Positions 36,111-48,562 of a DNA stretch of 64,000 bases are shown in pieces. The DNA is from Heteronotia binoei (lineage: Eukaryota). The DNA lies in the NCBI RefSeq assembly GCF_032191835.1, contig NC_083227.1, forward strand, positions 37,324,001 through 37,388,000, read 5' to 3'. Position 1 is the first letter of the stretch, and each line of letters starts with the position of its first letter. The notes under the pieces are model-generated. The model was given only the letters and a program-made list of their open reading frames with translations, was not told where the DNA came from and searched no databases. Position numbers and translations under genes: made by a program.

Positions 36111-37271
36111 CTGTCAGTAACACAAGAGGTGTGCAGATTTTAGAATATTTCATTTTAAAATATAGACCTTGCCTTTCTACCCACAGCACATCCCCCAAGG
36201 CAGCTGGTTTTGAAGTCCTGTGGATGCCAGCTAAGTTACTGCTCCTTAATAGGAGATGCTCCTGATAGCAGATGCAATCCTGCACTGAATACAAAAATAG
36301 ATCAGGAAGACAATATATGTGGCTCTGTATTTGGCGTGCTTCTGCTGTGCTTTGTATGAGCCTCAGCATGTCCATCCTTCTAAGCAGTAGCCCTTCCACC
36401 CCACTATGGTGGAAGGGTGCCATTGCATCAACGCATGATGTCATTTCTAGAGTGAGCCTGAAAGTGATGTTATGCTGCTCTAAAACTCAGTGGAAATTCT
36501 GTGGCATTAGCACAGAGCTTCTGCTGAATCTTAGAGCAGAGTGATATGACTTCCTGATTTATCCAGGAAATAACATCATGCTACCAACATGTTTGTGATT
36601 TTTAATTTTTTTTTTCTCCTGCTGACCTACCAAGTGGCAGCTGGCAGCAGGGGGCGGGGAAAGCAGTAGGAGACCTGGCAACCCAATTCCTTTGGCTTAC
36701 TATGGAGTTTTCTGAGATGGTCAGAGCATCACCAATGGCACTGGCATCACATCTAGGCTTTGGGGCAGGTATGACAACACCTGTTTTTTGACCTCATTCT
36801 AGCCTGGGCCTTTTCTCTCGCCACTTTGAGGAGCAAGGGCAAGAGGCCTCCTATTATAAGTGGGCAATGATACCCCTAGCCCCCTAGCAGAATTACAAAG
36901 GTATCTGCACACTTGAAAAGGTTGGGGACCCATTCCCTAAAGTGAGCTGTGGAGTAGTTTCTCTTTAGAGGGATGCCTACCAAGATACAGTGGATGCAGC
37001 TGAGCAGCAGCGCAACAGTGTGGAGGCACCAAACGTGGGAGTGGTTGTGGTTGAGAATGTACTGTCTTCCCAGGAAATACCACCAAAGACACCCTGCTGC
37101 TCTCAGACACAATTTAGCTTAAAGAAAAAAGGACATAGACAGTATGTGGAAGTTCGCCTATACAGACTTATATCTGGGAGTCTGTAGTGACCATATAATA
37201 AGCTATATAAGCTATATAATAATACCAGGTTGATCTGAACCCATAGAACAAAGTTTGAATTCACGGACACC

Positions 37272-37365
37272 TTTAAGACCAGCAAAGTTTTACTCAAGGT
37301 ATAAGTGCTTGCACAGAAAAGCTTATAACCTTGAATAGAACTTTGTTGGTCTTAAAGATACCGCT
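37272..37365. repeat. Hairpin repeat (Penelope-derived-like)
   Basis: CACCTTTAAGACCAGCAAAGTTTTACTCAAGGTATAAG is inverted against CTTATAACCTTGAATAGAACTTTGTTGGTCTTAAAGATAC. Confidence 0.6.
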
Positions 37366-37719
37366 GAATTAAAACTTCATTCTACACAATAATACAAAAG
37401 GGTAAAAGTTGCAAAACTGCTCCACTATAATCTGAATAATTTGTTAAGGTCTCTAAATTCAGATTTTCACGATACACAGTACCCCCCCCCCCCTTGAGGA
37501 TGGCTGGAGATCTCCTGGAATTACAGCTGATCCCCAGGTGACAGAGATTGGTTCACATGGGGGAAAATGGCAGCTCTGAAGAGTGGACTCTTATTGAATT
37601 ATACCCTGCAGAGGTCCTACCCCGCCCACCTAAGGTTCCACCCCCACCCCCCAATCTCCAGGTATTTCTCAATCCCAGAGCTGGCAGCCCTGAGGATGAA
37701 GAAGTCGGTTTGTATTTAC

Positions 37720-37874
37720 CAGTTCCTTTTGTCCCTCTATCACCACAATTTGAGAGTGTCTTTCTGTGCAGTCCTGCCGACTCTGGTTCCAGTTTTGTTT
37801 TTCTTTGGAGGTCCAGTAGCATTTGTCCTCATGAAGGAGCCAGTTTTCTTGGCAAAGTCTGCACTGGGAATTCT
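37720..37874 (-). CDS. C-type lectin-like NK receptor, first CTLD exon
   Basis: TTTTTCTTTTAG|AGAAT...GAACTG|GTAAAT; NSQCRLCQENWLLHEDKCYWTSKEKQNWNQSRQDCTERHSQIVVIEGQKEL; phase 1 to 0, as in group V CTLD genes. Confidence 0.92.
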
Positions 37875-38020
37875 CTAAAAGAAAAACAAACAGCTTGTAT
37901 AAGAATGTAGTTGGTCTCCAGGATCAGTTCTCTGTGCTGCAGCTTTTTCTGCACTTGTAGCTGGCCATTTGTTAACTATAACTACTCATAAACCAGCTCA
38001 AGAAATTGAAGGCTTTCTTT

Positions 38021-38318
38021 GAAGAAGAAGAAGAAGATGATGAAGATATTGGATTTATATCCTGCCCTCCACTCTGAATCTCAGAGTCTCAGAGTGGCTC
38101 ACAATCTCCTTTATCTTTCTCCTCCCAAAACAGACACCCTGTGAGGTGGGTGGGGCTGAGAGGACTCTCACAGCAGCTGCCCTTTCAAGGACAACCTCTG
38201 CCAGAGCTATGGCTGACCCAAGGCCATTCCAGCAGGTGCAAGTAGAGGAGTGGGGAATCAAATCCGGTTCTCCCAGATAAGAGTCCACGCACTTAACCAC
38301 TACAGCAAACTGGCTCTC
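38021..38318 (-). mobile_element. Squam3-like tRNA SINE
   Basis: Same family as 1541..1821; (TTC)n tail. Confidence 0.85.
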
Positions 38319-39588
38319 TTTGATTTAGCTGTCTTTGTAAGAATAACAATAATATGCCTCAAATTCTAAGTGCTTGACAAATGCAAAAATAAAATATAAC
38401 CAGGATGCAGGCTTACAACTAAATGCTGTTTAAGTGGAACTTTTTCTTAATTTCTAAACAAACTTATATAGTGAGTGGGTGGCTTTCTGGGCTCTCACAA
38501 ACTTAAAATTAGCCAGCATTGATCAGTACTTTATTGGTAAATGCCCAGACAAAAACCTGAGGATCAGGAATAGCATGAAAGCAAGAGGACTAGATTTTGT
38601 AAGAACTGACAGCCAGTGAGGTGTAGTGGGTTAGAGCAGGGGGCTCCAATGTGGTACCCAGGGGTCTCTTGGTGCCCCTGACACCTTTTCTGACATCCAC
38701 CAAGCGTTTTGAGAAAGTGGGCAGGGCCAAGTGGGGCTTTTATCAGCAGGGCTTCTGATTGGCTGTGCAGATTCAAAACAGAACATGACTTCAATATCAG
38801 CTGTCAACACAACATGAGGATTTTCACAGTGTGACTGCTAGTAAGCTGCATGTAAGCAAGAAAATAGTTATAAACAATATGTTCATTTTAAAAGGCATTC
38901 TGTTAAGCAGAGCTTCTGCCTGAAATGTTGAAGAGTTGCTATTAGAGTTATGTGTAACTGGGGCTTTTTTTGAGCAGGAATGCACAGGAACCAAGTTCTG
39001 GTTGGCTTGGCATCGGGGGCGTGGCCAAAAATGCAAATGAGTTCCTGTTGGGAGTCCCCAAACCGGGGAATGGGCAGAATATAAATAAACAAATAATAAT
39101 AATAATAGCAGCCTTGCATGAAACAATAGTGACACCAGGGGGTGTGGGCTAACATGCAAATGAATTCCTGTGTGTAACTATATTTCCTGACACTGGGTGA
39201 TTGGCCGTGCCGCCTGCAGGAGCTATTTCATGGTCAGAGCTCTCAGCTCCAGCTGCCTCACAGAGGGAAAGGAGATTGTAAGGTGCTCTGAGACTTCTTC
39301 GGGTAGTGAAGGGCAGGGTATAAATCCAATCTCTTCTCTTCTCCAGAAATCAGAAGGCAAACAAGACTTGGCCTATGATCCAACCAAAATCTAACACTTC
39401 TAGTTCCCATGTTAGAGTAAAATGAAGCATATTTAAACCATTCTGGTTGAGAATCAATGGAACTTTAAAAATGCTTAGCATTGTGGGACTATACCCATAC
39501 AGGGCCGGCTCACCCACTAGGTAAACTAGGTGGTTGCGCTGAATTGGGCTCTCCCCCTTCCAGGTGCCCATGACAAATGCCTTCTTTG

Positions 39589-40096
39589 TAGGGTTGCCAA
39601 CCCCCAGGTGGGAGCAGGGGATCCCCCGGTTTGGAGACCCTCCCCCCGCTTCAGGGTCATCAGAAAGCGGGGGGAGGGGAGGGAAATGTCTGCTGGGAAC
39701 TCTGTTATTCCCTATGGAGATTTATTCCCATAGAAAATCATGGAGAATTGATCTGCAGGTATCTGGGGCTCTGGGGGGGCTGTTTTTTGGGGAAGAGACA
39801 CCAAATTTTCAGTATAGCATCTAGTGCCTCTCCCCAAAATACCCCCCAAGTTTCAAAAAGTTTGGACCAGGGGGTCCAATTCTGTGAGCACCAAAAGAAG
39901 GTGCCCCTATCTTTCATTATTTCCTATGGAAGGAAGGAATTGAAAAGGTGTGCCGTCCCTTTAGATGTGATGGCCCGAACTCCCTTTGGAGTTCAATTAT
40001 GCTTGTCACAGCCTTGATCTTGGCTCCACCCCTAATGTCTCCTGGCTCCACCCCCAAAGTCCCCAGATATTTCTTGAATTGGACTTGGCAACCCTA
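39589..40096 (+). mobile_element. Non-autonomous DNA element with TAGGGTTGCCAA TIRs (hAT-like)
   Basis: TIRs TAGGGTTGCCAA/TTGGCAACCCTA; closely matches 41413..41942; no TSD detected. Confidence 0.75.
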
Positions 40097-41412
40097 CAGT
40101 GAACTGAAGGAAGAGGCAGAGTTCCAGAGCCTTCATTCTGCCCAGAGAGGATTTTTTTGGCGGGTACACTGAGCTGATAACAGCTGCAGTTCTGGGGGAA
40201 GCAAGCTCTTACTTCTTCCAAGTGACTACTAATGTGCCCAGGAAATGAGTCCTTAAAAAAAAAAAACCCTTCATTGCTTGCACCTCAGCAACTGGTGTAC
40301 AAGGGGTTGCTCCTGTATCAGAACATAGAAGATTTTTTTGACATTGCAGCAAATGCTGGTGCCATTTATCTTGTAGGATTTGCCTACTACCTTTTTCAAG
40401 AGGGCTTAGCTTCAGTGCAGTGCCTTCCAGAAATAGGGTTGCCAGCTCCAGGTTGCAAAATACTTGGAGATTTTGGGGGTGGAACTTCCCAAAGTGGCCA
40501 TTTGCTCCAGGTGAACTGATCTGTGTTGCCTGGAGATCAATTGTAAACTCAGAAGATCCCCAGTTGGAGGTGAGAGAGAGAAAAAAACCCTAGGTTTCCG
40601 TGACCAACCAGTCTCAAAAATCTCACAAAGTACATTGTGGGGGTGATTTTCTGATTGTCCTTCCCTACCCAGATTTTTTTGTTGATACTTAATTTGATTG
40701 TGTGACTATTTTTATAGGTTTTAGAGTTAAAATTTACCTCATATCCCAGAATTTTTTTTAAAAAATGCTTTTGTATAGAGTGATATGTATATGAATTTGC
40801 TCTGGCCCCTTCCTCTCCCTCCCTTAGTTTGTAAACCTGGAGCTATTTCCCCTTTGTTGGTAGATTCCATGGATCTGGGAACAAGGGGGTAGTAGATGTT
40901 CTTCCTTCTGTGGTCTGGGATAGATTCCAAAACATTCTGTAGGGGGAATTTTTTGGATCAAACTTGAGATGTATTTTTTTTTTTTTTACAAATGTTGACC
41001 TTACCTACCTTGATTCTTTGCTGATATTGCCCTCGACTGTACAAGCTTCTGTTTTTATGATTTTTAAAATTAATTTTACTATTAAAAATTTACTCCACAT
41101 CCCAGAATAATTTGACCTTTCCCTCTCCCCACCCTTTGTTGTGGAGTGATATGTATGTGGTATGTTCTAAATAAATGTTATACATTAAAAAACTTACAAA
41201 TAATGTAAATACATGAAGATATATTCAGTCTTCAAAATATAATCACTTGTGAATGGAATTCCATAGAAAAGGTATCCTAACTCATATACAAAGGTACCCC
41301 TCAATATAAAAAAAATGGAGTCCAAAATGGTATTCAAACAATCCAGAAGGGAGTCCATGGTTCATATCAACTTGAATAAACAGTTTTCAATCTTCAGTGG
41401 GTGCCTCTGTAT

Positions 41413-41942
41413 TAGGGTTGCCAATCCCCAGGTGGGGGCAGGGGATCCCCCGGTTTGGAGACCCTCCCCCCCGCTTCAGGGTTGTCAGAAAGCGGGGGGA
41501 GGGGAGGGAAATATCTGCTGGGAACTCTATTATTCCCTATGGAGATTTATTCCCATAGAAAATCATGGAGAATTGATCTGCGGGTATCTGGGGCTCTGGG
41601 GGGCTGTTTTTTGGGGTAAAGGCACCAAATTTTCAGTATAGCATCTAATGCCTCTCTCCAAAATACCCTCCAAGTTTCAAAAAGATTGGACCAGGGGGTC
41701 CAATTCTATGAGCTCGAAAGGAAGGTGCCCCTATCCTTCATGATTTCCTATGGAAGGAAGGAATTGAAAAGGTGTGCTGTCCCTTTAAATGTGATGGCCA
41801 GAACTCCCTTTGGAGTTCAATGATGCTTGTCACAGCCTTGATCTTGGCTCCACCCCTAATGTCTCCTGGCTCCACCCCCAAAGTCTCCTGGCTCCACCCC
41901 CAAAGTCCCCAGATATTTCTTGAATTGGACTTGGCAACCCTA
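41413..41942 (+). mobile_element. Second copy of the TAGGGTTGCCAA-TIR element
   Basis: Colinear with 39589..40096, with one extra GTCTCCTGGCTCCACCCCCAAA unit; flanks differ. Confidence 0.75.
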
Positions 41943-42965
41943 GCTGAACCCCATTGAAAGAGAGGAACATAATGTCCTTCATGACCTCTGCTTTTTCAAG
42001 TAGTCCTACTTCTGTCTTTCCACAGATCAGTTTCAATTTGTTCACTGTTAGCCATTTAACCACTGCAGCTGGGAAGCAGTTGAGGACCTCTGCTGCATCA
42101 CTACCTCTACCTGCTCCTGATCCCCTCAGCAGCCCTTGTGCCCTGGCCTGAAGAGGCTTCTCTGCTCTTCCTTCTGCTGGCTGCTTGGGCAGAACTATTC
42201 CCCAGCCCTTCCAGCCTGTTGAGGAATTCCCTGCAATGATTAAGCCCTTCCCAGTTGCTTTGTTCTCGGTGTCACTTTATCTTGAGATGCACCTATTACA
42301 CAGATTGATCCCCAGAAATCAGAGGCAAAGCTTATATGTTAAAATTAAGTTTCTAGTTCAGAAAGAGGGTAAACGAGGTATCACATGCCTAAGCAACAGT
42401 AGACATCAGTCAGACTACCAGGTTATTAACCAATTATATGTTTTCCTGCCAAAAGGTCTATGTTGGAAGTTGTAGCAAAGTTCCGTATTTCTATAAAGGT
42501 ATTGTGTAAACTCAAATCAGAGTCCTTGAGCCTACTTCTCCTGGACCCATGCAGCCAAATAAATTCTGTTTTTTTCTGTAAAGGAGTCTCTGATTTGGGG
42601 TGCAGTTGTTTTCAGATATAACCTTTTGGGTGACCCAGTGTGCCCAAGAAAATCCAAGACACATAACAGCCAAAACAGATTTTTCAAAAGCCAAATAAAG
42701 ATGTTTGTTTTTCCTGAACGACCAAGCAAGCACATCTGAAAAAACTTGACACTTAATATAACACATTAATTCTGATCCACATACTTCAACACAGACACTT
42801 CTTCTGATCCATTTTGGTGTCTCTTGACCAGGATCAGCGATATAACTCAATTCTCTTTTGGTTTCTTTCTGCCCTTTTTCATAGATATCTTTCCATCTCC
42901 CTCTTCATAGGCAAGTGAATAAGAGTGTCTTTCCACAAGCAAGGGCAACCCAAGAGAAAGGGAAG

Positions 42966-43388
42966 ATGGAAGAGGAAAACCCAAAAGGTCCTGGAACTGG
43001 CAAGAAATTGAGGAAAGGTCCCCTTCCCATCCAAGCAGGGAATGATGTTGAATTTGAGGAAAGATCTGTGCCAGAAATCTTGGTTCAGGACACGATGACT
43101 AAAGATATACACAGCCAATGCTTCCGGCAGTTCTGTTACCATGAGGTTGATGGACCCCGAGAGTTTTGCAGCCAGCTGCATGGACTGTGCAATCACTGGC
43201 TGAAGCCGGAGAGGAACACCAAGAAGCAGATGCTGGACCTGGTGATCCTAGAGCAGTTCCTGGCTGCCTTGCCGAAGGAAATGCAGCGCTGGGTCAGAGG
43301 CTGTGAGCCAGAGACCAGTTCCCAGGCGGTGGCCCTGGCTGAAGGTTTCCTCCTGAGTCAGGCAGAGGAGAAGAGGGAGGCAGAGCAG
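42966..43388 (+). CDS. ZNF-B coding exon 1: SCAN domain
   Basis: Acceptor CTTCATAG at 42910, ATG at 42966, SCAN motif [30 protein letters not shown]...; donor CAG|GTGAGG; 423 nt like ZNF-A. Confidence 0.93.
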
Positions 43389-43559
43389 GTGAGGGTCGGG
43401 ATCCATCCCCTCAGCTTGTTCCATTCCTTCTCTTACCTCTGCCCCTTGCTGTTGTTTCAGATGTGGGAATAATGTGGGGATAACTGGTGAAGATGGAAGC
43501 ATTCAAGCATTGACCTTATCCTAAAGCTTCCTATTGGATATTTCTCTGAGTACGTGTTA

Positions 43560-44620
43560 ACTGTCATCAAGTGGCTTCCGACCTATGGTGACCTATGTAT
43601 TAACGTCCTCCCAAATGTCTTATTGTTAAGAGCCTTGCTCAGGTTTTACAAACTGATGACCATGGCTTCCTTGATTTGATTTCCTTCTTTTTCTGTCGCC
43701 TTCAACTTTTCTAGTATTACTGTCTTTTCTAGTGAAACTTGTTTTCTCATAATATCACCAATGTACAATAGTCTCATTTTAGTCATTTTAGCTTCTGGGG
43801 AGAGTTCAGGTTTGATTTGATCTAGAATCCACTGATTTGTTGTTTTGGCTGTCCATGATATCTATAAAAACTCTCCTCCAACCCCACATTTCAAAAAAAT
43901 CAACTTTCTCCGTGCCAGCTTTCTTCATTGTCCAGCTCTCACACCCACACATAGTAATAGGCATGGCATGAATTATCTTGATCTTGGTCACCAGTCACAC
44001 ATTGTAGCTCCTTAGCTATACTTCCCAGCCTCGATCTCCTTCTGGTTTCTTGTCTGCAGTCTCCCTTTTGTTTGACAATGGTGTAAGGAAGAGATCTGCT
44101 TAGAGTCAGCTGATAAGTTAATGCAAGTTACTGACCTAAGTTTTTTAGTTTGCCAGAGCTGCTGAGTCATCCTAATTAACAGCTGGGGTGGAGGAAGCAA
44201 AGGGAGCCAGTGGGTCAACTTTTTTCTCTGTTTCCATGATAAAGCCAAGCAGAAGGAAGAGTTGACCCACTGGTTCCCTTTGCCTCCTCCAATTGTTACT
44301 GATTCTTTTGCCAATTTTCATTCCACCTTCATCTAAATCTAATCCAGTTTCCTTATAATATGTTCTGCATATAGATCAGAAAGACCTAGAGATAAAATGT
44401 CATTGTCTGACACCTTTGTCATTTGGAAACCATTCTGTTTCTCCATATTCTGTCCTAACAGTGGCTCTTGTCCAGAGTACAGGTTGTGCTTCAAAGCAAT
44501 CCGTTGTTGTGGCACACCTATTTCTTTTTAAACCAGGCATAGATTTCCATGACCCACACAGTCAAGCTTTGCTTTAATCTGTGAAACACAAGCTGGTTTT
44601 CCTGTGAAATTCTCTTGCAT
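43560..44620 (-). mobile_element. RTE/BovB LINE fragment
   Basis: Homologous to 13450..14218 at the paralogous position; includes YGCESW-like AITMCGCESWTMKKA. Confidence 0.7.
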
Positions 44621-44787
44621 GCTCCATGACCCACCTAAATTTGCAATATGATCTTAAGTACCTTGTCCTTTTTGGAATCCAGCTGAGATGGTGGATGGAG
44701 AGATGAAGAGACTGGGAGGGGGTCAGGATCCATGTCCTCGACTGATTCCGTCCCTTCTCTTACCTGTGTCCCTTGGTGTTCTTTCAG

Positions 44788-44902
44788 ATGTGGGGACGAT
44801 CTCTGAAGATGGAAGCAAAATCCTTTGAGGGAGAAGGAGCTCCAACAGAGGAAAGAAAGAGGGCACCATTGCAGGAGCATGCCCAAGATTCCCTGTCAAG
44901 TG
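44788..44902 (+). CDS. ZNF-B coding exon 2 (115 nt)
   Basis: CTTTCAG|ATGTGG...TCAAGTG|GTAAGG; MWGRSLKMEAKSFEGEGAPTEERKRAPLQEHAQDSLSS. Confidence 0.85.
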
Positions 44903-46198
44903 GTAAGGGTGCCTCCTGCTCAGAGTGGATGAGGGTAGTTAGTCAAGTTGTTGGGCAGAAGATTCAGGACAGGATAAAAGGGGAATACTTTTGGAGTCTA
45001 CACAGAATTGAGTTCTGGGACATAATGCCATAGCAGGTAGTGATGCCCTTTCAGTTTAAGGGGGAGTAGATGGAATCATGGAAGGAAATCCCGTTCTTAT
45101 TCACATTAATTAAAATATGCATATCTCACTATCCTTCCATTAGAGGGTCTCAGGATGGCTCAAAAAAAGAAATGAAGAAAAATCTGGGTACAGCTGTTAG
45201 CCATGGTGAATAAAGGGACTGTCCACATTCCCCAGACCTGGATGGGTGAGGCTAGCCCATTCTCTTCAGATCTCAACCTGGATTAGTTCCTGCATGGGAG
45301 ACCACCAAAGCAGTCCAGGGTTTGTATGTAGAGGCAGAGAATGGCATTACCATATCTGAATCTCTCTTGTCTCAAATAACTTGATTCACTATAAGTTAGC
45401 TGTGACTGATGCACCCTTGAAAACTCCTTGGCTAGGGGCCAATAATTTCAGTTCTGTGCCCTGGTTTAGAGGCTTTCCATAGGCATCTGGCAAGCCACAG
45501 TGTGAAAGAGGATACTGAACTAGGGATGCTGAGTTCAGCCTGGTTAGTTCCTGCATGGGAGACCACCAAAGAAGTCCAAGGGTTGCTATGCAGAGGCAGA
45601 CAATGGCTTACCACCTCTGAATGTCTCTTGCCTGGCATTCCCATGGGCTTCAAGGGTGGAGCATGGGGCGGACGTGATGTCATGTCAGTGTCTCGTCTGG
45701 CCTAATACCTGGATGTGAAGTCAGAGCATCAGGAGATGCAGTGGAAAGGCAGCAAGCACTCTAATATTTCCACAGCTTGGCTGACGCTTCAAAATCACAT
45801 CTGGGTTTTGGGCTGGATGTGACAGCAGTATGCCATGCAACATGATTTCCAGTCCCCACTATTTCTCCTGCCAGTCCAGACTCCAGGACAGGTGGGAGGG
45901 CCCAGCAGGCAGGAGAATGGCATGCCTGGGCCTTTGGTCTCATCCAGCAAGGATGCTGCAGCCTTTGGGGCTCCAGGGTTCCCAGGGGACATTTGAAATA
46001 TTACAGAAGCATTGGCAGCATCTATAACACCCTGAGTCTCATGCGTACCTCTCTCACACCTCCTAAAAGTCATTACACATTTCCTTTAGTGTTAAAAAAA
46101 GCACTGGGAACACTGATGTGTGAAGGAGAATTCAAAGAAGCAACCACAGTAGGAACTTGAAGTTAACACTTAACCTTCCCAGTTTTTCTCCCTTGCAG

Positions 46199-46269
46199 GC
46201 AGTAAAGAGATGTTGCCAGTCCTTCATCTTTGCAGAGGAGTGGAAACGGCTGCTTCATGTCTGGCCCAG
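46199..46269 (+). CDS. ZNF-B coding exon 3 (71 nt)
   Basis: CTTGCAG|GCAGT...GCCCAG|GTAGGA. Confidence 0.85.
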
Positions 46270-46466
46270 GTAGGAGAGAAGAATGGGGGGTAGTCAGCTT
46301 TCCCCTCCTTTCTCAAGGAGGTTATTGGTCTTGCTGACTGAGGGGAGAGAGGTTCTGAACCCCACCCTCTTTACACAGATTAACTCTACATTATGCTCCC
46401 TTCCAGAATGCCCCCGTCCAGTGTGCAGAATCAGAGAGTTGGAAGGGACCTCCAGGGTCATCTCCA

Positions 46467-46740
46467 GAGAGCCAGTTTGGTGTAGTGGTTAAATGTGCGG
46501 ACTCTTATCTGGGAGAACCGGGTTTGATTCCTCACTCCTCCACTTGCAGCTGCTGGGATGGCCTTGGGTCAGCCATAGCTCTGGCAGAGGTTGTCCTTGA
46601 AAGGGCAGCTGCTGTTAGAGCCCTCTTAGCCCCACCCACCTCACAGGGTGTCTGTTGTGGGGGAGGAAGATAAAGGAGATTGTGAGCTGCTCTGAGACTC
46701 TGAGTGGAGGGCGGAATATAAATCCAATGTCGTTGTCTTC
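46467..46740 (+). mobile_element. Squam3-like tRNA SINE inside a CR1 tail fragment
   Basis: GAGAGCCAGTTTGGTGTAGTGG head; it splits GGAAGGGACCTCCAGGGTCATCT|AGTCCAGCCCC (unsplit form at about 8645-8690). Confidence 0.85.
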
Positions 46741-47063
46741 TAGTCCAGCCCCCTACACAATGTAGGAAATTCACAAATCTCCCCCAACACACATACATCT
46801 TCAGTGTCCCCTGTTCCATGCCCAGAAGATGGCAAAAACTTGCCAAAGTGCCCTGGAGAAAAATTGCTTACTGACCCCAAAGTGGCAATCATCATTTCCT
46901 TGGGCATTTAAGAAAAGTCCACAGGAACTAAGCACTGGTGCAACCCTTTCTGCCCTCCTTTTCATGATCTGCCTAATTCACAGAATCAGCATTGCTGTCA
47001 GATGGCCATTGAGCCTTCAAAGAAGGAGAGCCCACCACCTCCTGAGGAAGCATGTTTCACTGA

Positions 47064-47324
<261 letters not shown>

Positions 47325-47997
47325 TGAAAAGCAACATGTGGTTGAGGGCTACTCAGCTACCTCCCCCCTTCTGGGGATCTCAAAGTGGTGACGTGGCAGA
47401 GGAAACAGTGAGCCTGCATGGCCAGTGGTGTGGCCATCATCCAAGCCAGAGAGGGTGTCCTGGCTTGAGGCCTAGGTGGGACTGAGAGGCCGTCAGGAAA
47501 ACTCTGGAAGACACCCACTCCCAATTTCTCAGTTGCCAACCTTTACAACTTGCTGCAAGGAACTTGGCAATTCCCAAGGTTCTGGCAGGGTAGGGTCCCA
47601 AGGGTCACCAGGATTTGGACTCATTTGGAGCTCTTGCCCTGTTAACTAATAACACCTGCCATGCAGCTTGCATTGCCTGGAGGGGACCATTGGAGATTGC
47701 TTTCCAAGTTTTTTTTTTCTTCTTTTCCTGATCTCCAGTACAGCAATGTTAACTAGGTTTTTAGACCTTGATTAGGTTGGGAGTATTAGAAAAGGAAGGT
47801 TTCTTGTAAAGGAAAACACCCAACAGCTTTCCTTGACTGGAAGCACACTTAAGATGAATGATGGCTGTTTCTCCAGGTGCTTGCATGCCGCTTCAGGCCA
47901 GACCAGCCATCTGAGGATATTCAAGACAGTAAGATTCATAAGTTTAAAGAAAAGTTTTAGCCAGAAAATAGTGAATTTTTTGTTTGTTTGTTTGTGT

Positions 47998-48562
47998 TGT
48001 GATCTTAGGCCTCGTGAGGCCTGCAGGCTTCTGGGAAGCCTGTATCAGCATAGTTACAGGGCCTACATTTCCCAGGATCTCTTCTGTCCCTCTGATTGGT
48101 TGGGCAGCAGTTCTGGAGGGAAAACTTGCCCAGAAGAGTGGGACCTGGAGGAAAGAGAATAAAAGGCCCAGCTTCAGACAGGAAAATGTTCTCTCTGGAA
48201 AGGCTGAGCTGGCGACAGGCTACAGCAGGAGGGTGTCCTCACCTAAGGGTGGTGAGTCTTTGGCATTAGAGGAAGGGAACGTTTAGTTACTCACTTCAGA
48301 GCTGCTATTTTCTTTGCATTGCCATTACTGTTTCTACCTTTCACAGTTGTTTTAACAATTAAAACCACTTGGTTGTTTTGAGCACTTAGAATAAACTTAT
48401 AGTTATACTGCCTGGGTCCTCACGTCTCTTCAGCCATGGATAGAAGGTGTTTGTTGAGCAGGGAGACATGCGTTGGGTGGGTGCTCTGGGTCCTCCCAGA
48501 CAGACCCATACCAAAGTGGCAGCAGTCAGTAGAGGCACTCCCTGGTCCCCTACTGGGTGACA
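47998..48562 (+). mobile_element. Solo LTR (TG...CA, 4-bp TSD)
   Basis: Begins TGTGATC and ends GGTGACA, with GTGT on both flanks and AATAAA at about 48391. The paralogous ZNF-A intron (about 18365) lacks it. Confidence 0.7.

Noticed and set aside
40285-40395. Candidate lectin stalk exon (WHQ.. or NGTSICC.. frames)
   Set aside because: The only donor (AG|GTGCAA) is weak and no open frame ends in the phase 1 required by the CTLD exon.
42512-42850. - strand ORF with VLAVMCLGF...NNCT...KQNL resembling a lectin TM/stalk
   Set aside because: No convincing acceptor or phase-1 donor, and part of it is paralogous to ordinary ZNF-A intron sequence.
46467-46540. tRNA genes at SINE heads
   Set aside because: They have A/B-box-like motifs but no complete cloverleaf, and they continue into SINE bodies.
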